IMG/VR virus record: IMGVR_UViG_3300018476_000014
Coordinates: 3,552 to 67,551 of that record
Length of the DNA: 64,000 nucleotides
Strand: one strand, 5' to 3'
Source of the DNA: a virus
Part shown: positions 35,971 to 47,100 of the stretch, in pieces
How positions within the stretch are numbered: position 1 is the stretch's first letter
Layout: every line of letters begins with the position of its first letter
Program-made: the position numbers and the translations under genes
Notes under the pieces: generated by a model
Told to the model about the DNA's origin: nothing
Database searches by the model: none
The model's input: the letters and a program-made list of their open reading frames with translations, nothing else

Positions 35971-37754
35971 TGGCTGTGCTGCGCGTCCAGGCTTTCTCAG
36001 GTGTGATCCCGGTGGCGGGTGACCGGGCGCTGCCCGATGGCTTCGCCGTCGAGTCGGTCAACACCTGGCTCTACGGCTCTGAGCTGCGCGGCATCCGGCC
36101 GCCGGTTGATGTCATCGCCTGCAACGCGACGACGCGCGAGGTGCTCAGGATTCCCAAGCGCACTGTCGGTGGCGACCCGTCGTTCCCCACCGTCGTGCCG
36201 CCGCCGTCCTACCTGGGCGACTCGGTGTGGAAGCAGTTCACCGACATCGACACCGACATCCTCCGGGGCCAGCTGATCGAGGATCAGTACGAGCGTTATT
36301 ACTTCTGCTCGCCGACCACTGGCCCGCGCTTCAACACCTACGCCCGCATGGTCGCGGGCCAAGCGGATTACGTGCTCGGCGTGCCAGGCCCGAACAACAC
36401 CGTTGACTCGGCTGGCAACAACGCGCTGAAGCCGACCATCGTCTCGATCACCGGCGGTGCTGCGCCCGTCGTGACGCGCGCCTACGTCTACACCTGGGTC
36501 AACGAGTTCGGCGAGGAGAGTTCTCCCTCACTGCCGGTGCTCGGCTCGGGCAATGGCAACGCTATCTGGACCATCGGCAACATCACCGTGCCGCCGGCAC
36601 CAGCGGTGAACCAGCCAGCCTGGCTGAAGAAGTATCTCTACCGCACAGTCACCGGCGAGAGCGGCCAGACCACCTACTACCGGGTCAACGAGGTGCCGCT
36701 GGCGACGACTACCTACGCCGACGACACGTCGAAGCAGACCGACGCGGTGATTGTCGGCAACCTGGTGCTAGAGTCGACCACGTGGCAGCCGCCGCCATCC
36801 GACCTGCAGGGTTGGATCGCCATGCCGAACGGCTTCCTGATCGGCTTCTCGGGTTCCGATGTTTACTTCAGCGAGTCCTACCACTGGCATGCCTGGCCGG
36901 CGGAATACAAACAGGCGACCGAGACGCCGATCGTCGGCTTGGGCATCCTTGGCCAGACCTGCGTGGTGTGCACGCAAGGCTACCCAGCGACGATCACCGG
37001 CGTGAAGCCGGCGACCTGCGCCTTCACCAAGTCGACTGCGGATGAACCGTGTCTTTCCCGTGGCTCGATTGTGTCGACACCACAAGGCGTCATCTACGCC
37101 TCGCAGAATGGCCTCGTGCAGGTCAGCCCGCAAGGCATTGGCAACGTTACCGAGCAGCTGATCACTCGCCAGGAATGGATCAAGGACTACGCCCCGCAGT
37201 ATATCCGCGGTGTGCGTTACCAGAACGGCTACCTGGCGCTGCGCATGGTGCCGACGGGACCGCGCTCCGGCTTCTTCCTCGACCCGACGTCGCTCAAGGT
37301 GGCGCTCACCAACATCACCGACTTCGAAAACATCAAGGCGCTCAACACCGACTTCTGGTCGGGCGAGGTGTTCATGATCGATTCGAATGGGACGACCGCC
37401 ACCATCCGGCGTTGGGACCCGCCGACCAACGACCTGATGCCGGTGCAGTGGCTATCGAAGGAGTTCCAGTTTCCGTTCAAGGAGAACTTCGCCACCTACG
37501 CCATCTACTGGGACGAGGACCGCTACTCCAACGCCAACTACGGCCTGTCGATCATGCCGACGACCGAGCATGTGCGCTTCCGGGTACTGGCTAACCGTCA
37601 GGTCGTCTATGACCAGCAGGTGCCGGCCAGCGGCATGCCGATCCGCCTGCCGTCGGGGTTTAAGTCCGACATCTGGCAGTTCGAGATCCGCGCCAGGGCA
37701 CCGGTCTATTCCCTGCACGTCGCCTCAACCGTGAAGGAGCTGAAGGGTGTCTAA
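35970..37754 (+). CDS. tail nozzle / stabilisation (tubular B-like) protein
   Basis: TRAYVYTWVNEFGEESSPS, FSESYHWHAWP, IYASQNGLV, WLSKEF, IRLPSGF. Confidence 0.8.
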   Translation: MAVLRVQAFSGVIPVAGDRALPDGFAVESVNTWLYGSELRGIRPPVDVIACNATTREVLRIPKRTVGGDPSFPTVVPPPSYLGDSVWKQFTDIDTDILRGQLIEDQYERYYFCSPTTGPRFNTYARMVAGQADYVLGVPGPNNTVDSAGNNALKPTIVSITGGAAPVVTRAYVYTWVNEFGEESSPSLPVLGSGNGNAIWTIGNITVPPAPAVNQPAWLKKYLYRTVTGESGQTTYYRVNEVPLATTTYADDTSKQTDAVIVGNLVLESTTWQPPPSDLQGWIAMPNGFLIGFSGSDVYFSESYHWHAWPAEYKQATETPIVGLGILGQTCVVCTQGYPATITGVKPATCAFTKSTADEPCLSRGSIVSTPQGVIYASQNGLVQVSPQGIGNVTEQLITRQEWIKDYAPQYIRGVRYQNGYLALRMVPTGPRSGFFLDPTSLKVALTNITDFENIKALNTDFWSGEVFMIDSNGTTATIRRWDPPTNDLMPVQWLSKEFQFPFKENFATYAIYWDEDRYSNANYGLSIMPTTEHVRFRVLANRQVVYDQQVPASGMPIRLPSGFKSDIWQFEIRARAPVYSLHVASTVKELKGV

Positions 37755-38331
37755 GCGCCGCATCTTCGCCACGGTGCCCGAGCCCTACACGGACGTCTAT
37801 TCGCTGTACGCTTCGGTGATGGCGCTGAAGGAGCTGGTCGAGGGATTGACCGGACAGCGCGGTGGGCTCGAGGACCAGGCGGTGATGCGCGGCGACCTGC
37901 CTGACCGCATCACTGTTCCAAAGAACGGGCCATGGAGCCCCAAACTTATTCCCAGCACCGGGGCGTTTGCAGCTTCGGATCAGACCGCAAACTGGGGGTA
38001 TTTTTCGAAGATCGATAAGCTGGTCAACGTCTGGTTCATGGCTACGTGGACTGGCCTGTCGATCGGTTCAGGCAGCGGCATGGCGCTCCTCAGCGGGCTG
38101 CCGTTCCTGCCGTCTTTTGCTGCCAGCGCAAGCTATTGGCCGGGTGCCAATGTTTCCTATGCGGGCGGGTCGACAATCAACCCATCTGGTGGGCTCTTCG
38201 CCAGAGGTGATCCGAACATTTATTTTTACTTCCCCGTCTCTCTGAACGGATCATCGAACAACTGGAGTGTGACTCACCTGGCAGCGTCCGGATACCTCTG
38301 GGGTTCCGGCACGTACCTGACGGATTCATGA
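37747..38331 (+). CDS. putative minor tail protein
   Basis: ALKELVEGLTGQRG N-terminus; GYFSKIDKLV..LSGLPF fibre-tip-like C-terminus. Confidence 0.6.
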   Translation: MSKRRIFATVPEPYTDVYSLYASVMALKELVEGLTGQRGGLEDQAVMRGDLPDRITVPKNGPWSPKLIPSTGAFAASDQTANWGYFSKIDKLVNVWFMATWTGLSIGSGSGMALLSGLPFLPSFAASASYWPGANVSYAGGSTINPSGGLFARGDPNIYFYFPVSLNGSSNNWSVTHLAASGYLWGSGTYLTDS

Positions 38332-38774
38332 TGGACGAGATCATCTTCAACGACCCCGCCGACGGGCATGAGATCGCCCAGCTCGCCGGCACGTCGTTCA
38401 ACCCCAGGGTCAACATCTCTGTCTGCCGGCACAAGAACGGCAAGCGGATGGGTGGGGTCGTCTACCAGAACTACACGGGCGAATCGATCGCCATGCACTC
38501 AGCCGGTTGGGACGATCACTGGATCAACCGGGACATGCTATTCGTCACCTTCGACTATCCGTTCAACCAATTGGGGGTTAAACGGATATTCGGGCAGGTG
38601 CCGGAGACCAATGGTCACGCGCAAGAGTTCAACCTGAAAGTGGGGTTCAAGTACGTCACCAGAATCGAAGGGGTTTTTCCCCACAACGTGGCCTGCATGG
38701 TCATGTGTCTGGAACGTGAAGACTGCCGCTTCCTGAAGCTTAAACCGCGTCGACTTGTTTCGAACCTGAACTGA
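38328..38774 (+). CDS. GNAT-fold protein (DUF2824/T7 gp13-like)
   Basis: GGVVYQNY, FDYPFNQLGVKRIFGQVPETN, LKVGFKY, EDCRFL; precedes the ejection proteins. Confidence 0.8.
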   Translation: MMDEIIFNDPADGHEIAQLAGTSFNPRVNISVCRHKNGKRMGGVVYQNYTGESIAMHSAGWDDHWINRDMLFVTFDYPFNQLGVKRIFGQVPETNGHAQEFNLKVGFKYVTRIEGVFPHNVACMVMCLEREDCRFLKLKPRRLVSNLN

Positions 38775-38787
38775 GGGGGACCCAGTC

Positions 38788-39939
38788 ATGGGTGGGAAAG
38801 ACAGCGCACCGGCAGCACCCGACTATTCTGAGCTAGCTGCGGCTTCCAAGGAATCGGCTGCCTATTCCTACGAGCTGGCCAAGCGACAGCAGGACTGGGC
38901 GGAGAAGACCTACAACGAAAACAAAGACGTCTCCGACATCGTCATCGGCAAGGCGCTCGATGCGCTCGACAAGCAGACTGCCTGGGCCGACCAGGACCGC
39001 GAGCGCTACGAGAACATCTACCAGCCGCTCGAGGAGCAATATGCAGCGAAGGCGCAGGACTACTCCACTGCCGAGCGCCAGGAGATGGAAGCCGGCAAAG
39101 CCGAAGCAGATGTTGCTGCGCAGTTCGAGCAGGCCAGACGCACTGCGCAGGAGCGCCTCGAAGGCTACGGTGTTGACCCTTCCCAGACACGTCAAGGCGC
39201 GCTGGATCTCGGGACTCGGGTTGCGGAAGCTGCGGCCCAAGCGTCGGCGGGGAACCAGGCCCGATTCCGTACTGAGCAGTATGGCGATCAGCTCATGGCT
39301 AATGCCATCAACACGGGCAAGGGTTATCCAGCGCAGGTCATGGCGGCCCAGTCGGGCGCAGGCAACTCGGGTAATCAGGCTGCCAACACCGGCCTGGCGC
39401 AGACAGCTTCGGGCTCCAACACCATGGGCACTGGTCAGAGCTGGCAGGGAATGGGCAACAACGCCGTCGCCGGCTGGGGCAACGTCCTGAACATGGGCTT
39501 CAACAACCAGCTGGATAGCTGGTCCGCCAACCAGGAAGCGTCGTCCGGGTGGGGCGACATCCTGGGCAAGGTGGCAGGCTTCGGGATGAGCGCCATGATG
39601 GCCGAAGAGGGCGGCGCCATCCCCGAGTTCGCCGCCGGTGGCATGCCTGTCCCCGAAGAGGCTAGCCCCAGCGGTGGGGCCATCCCCGATGATGTGCCCG
39701 CAGAGATCGAGGGTGGCCCGCCAGCCCGGCTCACCGCCGGTGAATTCGTCGTGCCCAAGGACGTCGTCGGCTGGCTCGGCGAGAAGGGCATGCAGCAGAT
39801 CGTGCTCAAGGCACGCAAAGAAATGACCGGCGGCAATGGGGAGCGGCCGGCGCAGCCGGAAATGAAAGGTCCAGAGGGCGGACCACCCATGCCGGTTGAG
39901 AGCGTCGGGGCAATCCCGACACCAAGGGGGATGTCATGA
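38788..39939 (+). CDS. internal virion/ejection protein
   Basis: MGGKDSAPAAPDY start, helical A/Q/G-rich body, GAIPDDVPA..RLTAGEFVVPKDVV. Confidence 0.75.
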   Translation: MGGKDSAPAAPDYSELAAASKESAAYSYELAKRQQDWAEKTYNENKDVSDIVIGKALDALDKQTAWADQDRERYENIYQPLEEQYAAKAQDYSTAERQEMEAGKAEADVAAQFEQARRTAQERLEGYGVDPSQTRQGALDLGTRVAEAAAQASAGNQARFRTEQYGDQLMANAINTGKGYPAQVMAAQSGAGNSGNQAANTGLAQTASGSNTMGTGQSWQGMGNNAVAGWGNVLNMGFNNQLDSWSANQEASSGWGDILGKVAGFGMSAMMAEEGGAIPEFAAGGMPVPEEASPSGGAIPDDVPAEIEGGPPARLTAGEFVVPKDVVGWLGEKGMQQIVLKARKEMTGGNGERPAQPEMKGPEGGPPMPVESVGAIPTPRGMS

Positions 39940-42900
39940 GCTTTGGCGGCGAACTGAAAGGATTCTCGAAGGGCTTCAGCTCGGGCATCGATGACTATTC
40001 CGCGATCCAGAAGATGCGCAAGGAGCGCATGTGGCGCGAAGACGAAGTGAAGGGGGGCGACGAGTTCCCGCCTGCTCCGGTGCCGCAGACGTCGCAGCCC
40101 GATGGCGGCAAGTCGGGTGGCAAGTCGGGTGCTAAGCTCGACGCCGCGTCCGACGTGCGCTGGGGGCAGGCATCGCCGGAACAGCGCGCGCTGCTCAACA
40201 CCATCGCCGGCACCGAGAGCCCCGGCTACAACGTTGTCTATGGCGGCGACACGTTCGAGGGCTACGGCGCTCACCCCGGTCGTGACGTCGTCATCACCAG
40301 TGGGCCTAACAAGGGCCAGACAAGCTCCGCCGCCGGCCGCTACCAGTTCCTTGGCTCGACGTGGAACAACATCGCCAAGGCGTACCACCTGGATGACTTC
40401 TCTCCGGAGAACCAGGACAAGGGCGCCTGGTACCTGGCGACCGAGGCGTATGGCCGCGAGACGGGCCGCGACCTCAACACCGACATCAAGTCAAAAGACC
40501 CGGCTACCCTCGCTGGCATCGGCAAGGCGCTGTCCGGCACCTGGACCAGCCTGCCGTCCGGCATCGAGCAGGGGCAGAACTCTGACAAGTTCGTCAGCTC
40601 GTTCACCAATTTCCTGGGCAAGGCATCAGGCTCGCAGAGCGCTGAAGCCGACACCACCGGCGGCGCCGCCGGCGGCACTGCTGCATCCTCTGGCGGAGGC
40701 GGCGGTGCGCTGCCCGAGGAAGACGATACCGATTCCGACGACACCGAGGACGGCGGCGAGGAAGAGTCCGCCGGGCTGGAGCGCAGGTCCCGGGATCTGC
40801 AGCTGGAGACCAACCCGGTCGTCGCCACCAACTTCGAGGCACCGCAGGTCGCGACGCAGTTCGATCTCGACGTCGGTGGCCTGTCGCCGCCGCGCGATCA
40901 AGAAGCACGGCCGCAGATGTGGGCTGCCCGTGGCGGCGTCATCCCCGAGCCGGCACAGGCGTTCGCCGACGGCGGCGGAGTCAATCCGTCCGGCGACCCG
41001 GACAAGTACAACGCCACCCGTGCCTACACGCAGGCGATTCCCCAAGCGGCAGCCAGCACCTTCACACCGCGCCGCATCGGCCAGGTGGCAGCCAAGTCAA
41101 CGACACCGGCTGCGACGACTTCCACCCTCTCGTCATCGCAGCTGCTCGCCAACAAGCGCGCCGAGCGCGCCGCCGCCGAAGCAGCTGCCGCCACGCCTGC
41201 AGCAACGGCAGCCGTGGACCCGAACTGGGCGCAGGTGATGAAGAACCAGCAGCAGGCCGCTGCCATGTGGAACGCTGTCCAGGGCAGCGAGTCCATGAAC
41301 CACGATCGTTCTGGCCAGATGATGAACCGCACGCCGCAGAAGCAGTACGGCGCTTACACCCGGGCGATGAATACAGCTGGGAATGAAGCCAAGGCCAACG
41401 GCACCGACGTGTGGATGGCCAAGCAGATGGTCGACCCATCTAAGTATGGCGGCAACTACATGACGCACCATAACAAGGGCGGGGTGATCCCCGAGCCTGG
41501 CCAGGCGTTCGCACGTGGCGGCAAGGTGCGCGACCTCAAAGAGCGCACCCGCATGGACTCTGCGTGGGATCAGATGGAGGACGTCGAGAGCGGAGACAGC
41601 GAAGAAGGCGAGGAGATTACCCCCGAAGAAATGATGAAGCTGCGCACCCGCATGCCGGGGCAGCTCTACCGCGAGAACTTCGCCCGTGGCGGCTCGGTCG
41701 ACCCGAACCGCTCCCGTGCCAGGCAGGGGGGCGCAGTCTACGAGGCCAGTCGTGACCACGAATACTGGCAGCAGCGCTCGCCACGCCCCCAGAGCCAGCA
41801 CGCCGAGTCGGCGGGCTATGCTCCGACATCGGTGGCTGGCGCTCGTGGGCCTAAGCGCCAGTCACCAGATACCCGCCAAGGAGGGGAGCCGGAAAGGGCT
41901 GCTCCCGGCAAGAAAGGTGGCGCTGAGAAAAAGGAAAGCAAGCCCGCCAAGAGCAGTGAGAAAAAGCCTGATTCGAAGCAGCCCGAGAAGAAGACGGCCG
42001 AGGGTGAGCCGCGCATCCAGGAGGATCGCGAGACCCGGTTCCGCCGGCCCCGGGCTGGCCTCGATCAGAACCCTTACGACACCGGGCGTGGCACGGGCAC
42101 TCCACCGCTGGAGGAGACGGCTATTCCCCTGCCCCCCGGCGATTTGGGGGGCGTGCCGCCTGACCTGGTGAGACCGGACCCCGGCACACGCGCTGCTGTA
42201 CCTGGCTCGGAGGGCGCTGCTGAAGTCATCGAGACAATCAAAAAAGATCCGCGGATTCAGCCGAAGGCGACCAGTGGCAACACCGGACTGATGGAGCTGC
42301 TCGAACCACTGGCGGCTGACCCGGCAACCGGCAAGCCGAAGTTCCTAACTCCTGGCCCGCCCGCCGAGCCAGTCATCGAGGAAGACCGCGACAGCCGGCA
42401 AGGTCCGGTCATGGAGCGGCCGTACCTGGCCCCCATCGACAACACCCTGCCACCTGGATCTTTCCCTGCGCCGACGCCGGAGCGCTTCGGACCGCCGGCT
42501 GACGCGGCGACGCCAGCGCCAGCCTACCTGCATGGCGATCCGGTCTACGCGCCCGGCGTCTCACCGCCCCCGGAGCCCGAGCCGGGCGCCTGGATCGGCG
42601 GCCAGTTCGTGCCATTGAGTTCACTGCAGGGCAACGGCTATGCCCGTGGCGGCGTCATCGCCGACCCCGACGACGAAGAGGAACCGATCAGCCCGCGTGC
42701 TGAAAGCGCCAACTACACGACTTCGGCGCCAGCTTCGGCAGCGACGAGGGGGCGGCCGGCTCCTTCGGATACTCCCACGGAGGAGTCGGCGCCTGCCCCT
42801 GCCGCAGAAGAGCGGCCGGCACGGGCAGACGTGCAGCCTACACCCAAGCTGATGGCCGACGTCGACACCGCCTTGAAGGGTGGCGCCAACTACCTGAAGC

Positions 42901-44126
42901 GCGTCTTCGGACTGGACGGCGCTGAGGCCGGCGCTGTGCCGACACCCGAGGATGGAGCTGCCCGCCAGCAGGGGATCAAGCGCTTCGCCAGCGGTGAGGG
43001 CGCAGCGACGCCGGACGAGATCAAGGAGATCGACGACCAGATCGACCCCCGGCGGGAGCTTTCCGAAGGCGACCGGCAGATGACCCGGATGGCCAAGATC
43101 ACCCAGTTCTATCTGGAGCGTGGCCAGAAGGACGAGGCGGAAGCGGCCGCTGCGAGTCTCATGCAGTATGGCGCCAGGCGCTTCGGTCAGCTCGGCCAGC
43201 TGGCCCAGGCTGCCTACAGCCAGTATGAGCGGACCGGCGACCAGTCGCACCTCGAGAAGGCAACGCAGATCCTCAGCCAGGCCTACGGGATGATCCCCGA
43301 CGGCGGCTCGATGTCGGTCACCACCGACCCGGAGACGGGCGAGTTCCAGGCGACGCGGCTCAACGCTGACGGCGAAGAGGAAGTCTACAACATCAAGGCC
43401 AACGAACTCCCCGGCCTGATCCAGCAGACGATGAGCGGCTCGGCCTACTGGCAGCAGATCATGCGGCTCGGCGACCCCGAGGGTGCCAAGTCACGCGACA
43501 CCGACCGCCGCGAATTGCTGAAGCAGGACCGCACTGATCAGCGTGCCGAGGAGAAGCGCATCGCTGCCCAGGAAGAATGGAACCGACAGCACGCGATCAC
43601 CCGCGAAGAAAAGGTCGGCGACACAGAGAAAGCTGCCGAGGCCAAGACGAAGGAATCCGACCGCGTCGCTCAGCGCAACTACGACATGGCGATGAAGAAG
43701 TGGAAGGAGCAGCACCCCGACAAGGAGGAAGCGTTCAACAAGATCAAAGGGCCGTTCGCCATAGCGGACAAGATGCGCGAAGAGTTCACCGCGCAGATGG
43801 CCGAGGACAGCGACTACGCCGAAACCGAGGAAGGCCAGGCGGCGCGCGCTGCCTACAGCGAGAAAGCCACCGAGCTTTACAACGCTCTCCCCATGCCGGC
43901 CCAGGACCGCATGAACTGGATGGTCGAGAACGGCTTCGACCCGGATGGCTGGGACTATGTCGGCGACCAGGAGGAAGGAGCCCCGGCGGAAGCAGAGCCG
44001 GCAGTGGCGGCGGAACCCGACCCGAACAACCCGCCCGAACCGGGCGCTGAACTGAAGAAGGACAAGGCCACTGGCAAGCCGCGCTGGGCGATCAAGAAGA
44101 ACGGCGTCTGGAACTGGATTGACTGA
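39936..44126 (+). CDS. large internal virion protein with lambda-type lysozyme (GH104-like) domain
   Basis: RALLNTIAGTESPGYNVVYGG...HP...SSAAGRYQFLGSTW...LDDFSPENQD...WTSLP. Confidence 0.85.
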   Translation: MSFGGELKGFSKGFSSGIDDYSAIQKMRKERMWREDEVKGGDEFPPAPVPQTSQPDGGKSGGKSGAKLDAASDVRWGQASPEQRALLNTIAGTESPGYNVVYGGDTFEGYGAHPGRDVVITSGPNKGQTSSAAGRYQFLGSTWNNIAKAYHLDDFSPENQDKGAWYLATEAYGRETGRDLNTDIKSKDPATLAGIGKALSGTWTSLPSGIEQGQNSDKFVSSFTNFLGKASGSQSAEADTTGGAAGGTAASSGGGGGALPEEDDTDSDDTEDGGEEESAGLERRSRDLQLETNPVVATNFEAPQVATQFDLDVGGLSPPRDQEARPQMWAARGGVIPEPAQAFADGGGVNPSGDPDKYNATRAYTQAIPQAAASTFTPRRIGQVAAKSTTPAATTSTLSSSQLLANKRAERAAAEAAAATPAATAAVDPNWAQVMKNQQQAAAMWNAVQGSESMNHDRSGQMMNRTPQKQYGAYTRAMNTAGNEAKANGTDVWMAKQMVDPSKYGGNYMTHHNKGGVIPEPGQAFARGGKVRDLKERTRMDSAWDQMEDVESGDSEEGEEITPEEMMKLRTRMPGQLYRENFARGGSVDPNRSRARQGGAVYEASRDHEYWQQRSPRPQSQHAESAGYAPTSVAGARGPKRQSPDTRQGGEPERAAPGKKGGAEKKESKPAKSSEKKPDSKQPEKKTAEGEPRIQEDRETRFRRPRAGLDQNPYDTGRGTGTPPLEETAIPLPPGDLGGVPPDLVRPDPGTRAAVPGSEGAAEVIETIKKDPRIQPKATSGNTGLMELLEPLAADPATGKPKFLTPGPPAEPVIEEDRDSRQGPVMERPYLAPIDNTLPPGSFPAPTPERFGPPADAATPAPAYLHGDPVYAPGVSPPPEPEPGAWIGGQFVPLSSLQGNGYARGGVIADPDDEEEPISPRAESANYTTSAPASAATRGRPAPSDTPTEESAPAPAAEERPARADVQPTPKLMADVDTALKGGANYLKRVFGLDGAEAGAVPTPEDGAARQQGIKRFASGEGAATPDEIKEIDDQIDPRRELSEGDRQMTRMAKITQFYLERGQKDEAEAAAASLMQYGARRFGQLGQLAQAAYSQYERTGDQSHLEKATQILSQAYGMIPDGGSMSVTTDPETGEFQATRLNADGEEEVYNIKANELPGLIQQTMSGSAYWQQIMRLGDPEGAKSRDTDRRELLKQDRTDQRAEEKRIAAQEEWNRQHAITREEKVGDTEKAAEAKTKESDRVAQRNYDMAMKKWKEQHPDKEEAFNKIKGPFAIADKMREEFTAQMAEDSDYAETEEGQAARAAYSEKATELYNALPMPAQDRMNWMVENGFDPDGWDYVGDQEEGAPAEAEPAVAAEPDPNNPPEPGAELKKDKATGKPRWAIKKNGVWNWID

Positions 44127-47100
44127 TGGAGCGGACCTACACCCCGCTCGATTATGAGCCCGAGGACTATGTCCCCGAGAGTGAACCAGTCATTGCCGAA
44201 CCCGAAAAAGTTAAACCCAGTTCAACCGACCCGGCCCCGGCGACAGAGCCTCCTCCCGCTGCCGCCGAGCCGGCGCCCGCGGAGCCGGAGACATCCAGGC
44301 CCGCAGCTCCGCGGGCACGCAAGTACACGCCGATCGACTATGAACCGGAGCCGGCCGAAGACGGCTGGAGCAAGATCCCCAAAAACCCGATCGGCTCCGG
44401 TACCGCCATAGGCCGTGGCCTGATCGGCGGCACCATCGACGTCAAGCGCCAGCTGGGCGACGCCTATGAAGGCTTCAACGTCCTGCGCGGCAGCACCGAG
44501 CTGGACCTGTCTGAAGATCCGGTGACCGGCTACGAGCGAAGGGTCCCCTCGCTTGCCAACATCAAGGATGTCGACACCGGCCTGACCTGGCTGGGTGAGA
44601 CACTCGGCTCTGCGATTCCACAGTTCGCCCCGACCATCGCCACGGCTGCCGTCGGGACTGGCATCGGTGGGCTGACTGCACCGGTGACTGGTCCCGCTGG
44701 CGCCTTCGCCGGTCGCGCCGCCGGCGGTCTCGCCGGCTCGATCATCCAGAACTTCGGCGACGTGTGGGGCGGCTTCAAGCAGGACGCGGGGATTCGCAAG
44801 CTGCTCGATGACAAGCAGGTCGAGCCGATGTTCCTGGCGCAGAGCGCGCTCGCTGCGTCCGCGCTGATCGGCACGCTGGACGCTGTGTCGCTGGGCAAGA
44901 TCACCAACAAGCTCGGACTCTCCAAGGAACTCTCCCCGGACGAGCTGGCGCTGGAAATCGCCAAGAAGTGGACGATCGCATCGATCGCCAAGCGCGGCGG
45001 CAAGGGTATGGCCTGGGAAGGTATCACCGAGGCGGCGCAATCGATGATCGCCCAGGCTGCCGAGATCGGTATCGGCGGCAACTGGGACATGACCAACCGG
45101 GTGGTCCGCCTGTTCGATGAGTTCGCCGGCGGCGCTGTCCAGGGTGGCCCGGCAGCTGCGCTGAGCCCGCCGGCAGACCCAAAGAACAATGACCTCGAGG
45201 TGCCGCCCAAGCCGGACGACCAGCCCGGCGAGGCCGCGCCCGTGCTCCCCGAGGGGACACCGGCCCCGGTTGAGGCAGCGCCGGCAGCTGAGCAGGCTAC
45301 CCCCGGCGGCCTCAGCGCGACGACGCCTGCCCCACCTGCCGGCCTCGACAAGCAGCCGGCCGAGGCTGAACCAGCCCCGGTGCCCGAGGCAGCTACCGAT
45401 CCAGGCACGCTTGCGAAACCACCCGCACCTGTTCTTCCCGAGCCGGGCTCTCCTGTCACGGTGGTCGGTCAGGGGGAGACGGCGCCTGACGTTGCTGAGG
45501 CCCTGCCCACAAGGCCAGCAGCTCAGGCGCCGGCTGAAGACGAAGGCATCACCGAGGGAGCGATCCCGGCCGAGCAGGAAGAAGCCGGCAGCCCGTTCAT
45601 GCGCCAGATGCTGGCGCGTCATGCGCAGCAACAGGACGCCAGCGTCGCTGCAGCGCTGCAGGAATCGCTTCCCGCTGCTCCAGAGCAAGCCGCTGTCCAG
45701 CCGCCGGTGATTCCGCCGGCCCCTCAGCCAGAGGTGTTAGGCACAGCCGGGGCAAGGTGGAGGCAGGATGCACCTGCCGATGCTACACTAGCTGCGCCGT
45801 CTCCTGCTGTGAGCGGGGAGGCGGTCACCCCGGAGAACGCCCTACCCGCCGCGGCCTCCGAGGTGTCGCAGGAGCAGGTACCCTCTCCGCCGATCGAACC
45901 TGCTCCTGCACCTCAACCCGATGTTTCCCTGGAGCCGACCGATCAGGGCGTCATCCCGGTCGCACCTGCCGAGAAGACACCGACCTATACCCCGGTCGGC
46001 TACGATCCGGAACCGTTCACCCCCGAGGATTTCGAAGCAGAGGCGGCAGCGGAGCCCGCTGAGAGCGATGAGGACGTTCCGGCTGTCACTGAGCCGGCAG
46101 AGGAAGAACTCGCGCCAGCGGCCGCCTACGTGGCAGGGGAGTACGTCCCGCCGAAGAAGAAACCCGAGACCGTGGTGGTCAAGAAGCGGGGTAAGCCGGC
46201 ACCGAAGGAGGAGGTTAAACCTAGTTCAACTGAGGGAGCCACCCCCACAAAGACCGGCTCGACGTTAACCAAGGCGCAGCGCGAACTCCATGACGAGGTA
46301 ACACGAGCGGTTCCTCCCGACCTGGAGACCCACCCGCATGGCAAAGCTGCAATCGAGGAAGCTGTTCGCGAGCATAAGTCCCCTGTCCGCCCACGCGAAG
46401 AAGCGCATCGTAAGGCCCAGGTGGAGCAAACTCTGGAGGCGGCCCGAAAGCACGCCAAGCGCCGGCTCGATGAAGAGGTGGCAGCTGTTGGCTCACAAGC
46501 TCAACAGGAACTTGATCGTGCAAAGAGTCTGGCCCGCGAGCGTGAGACGAAGGGCAAGCCCCAAGAACGCAAGCGTCGAGGAAAAACCAAAGGCAAGGCG
46601 GCGGAGGATGTCGCCATCCAAAGCCCGAAGCGCTGGAATGAATCTGTGGAGGCCGAACGCGCGAAGCCGGCCGAGGAACAGAACCAGGACCTGATCGAAT
46701 ACGGGGCGTTCCGCGACGCCCGCAACAAGCTCGGCGCCCGAGACCCGAAGCGTGCCAGCCTCAACAAGGAGATGGACAAGGCCAAGGAGCGCTACCTCGA
46801 AGGGCAGCGCCAGGCGGAGGAAGCCAGGAAGCCAGCCCCGGCACCGGTGCCCGAGACGCCTGCCGAAGCGCCGGCGCTGACCCAGGAAGAGCAGGAAGCG
46901 ATCCTGCAATCCAAGAACAAAGAGGCCGAGAAGCAACGCGCCCAGCAGGCAGCGGCGCGGCGTGAGAAGACCGGGACACTGCTCGAACCCGCGGTCGATG
47001 CCGTCGCCATACCCGACGAGTTCTACCAGCCGGCTGGCGCCAAGGTGGCGTTCCGCAAGAGCGTCCAGATGTTCGACCGCGAGATGCGCGCGGTGATCAA

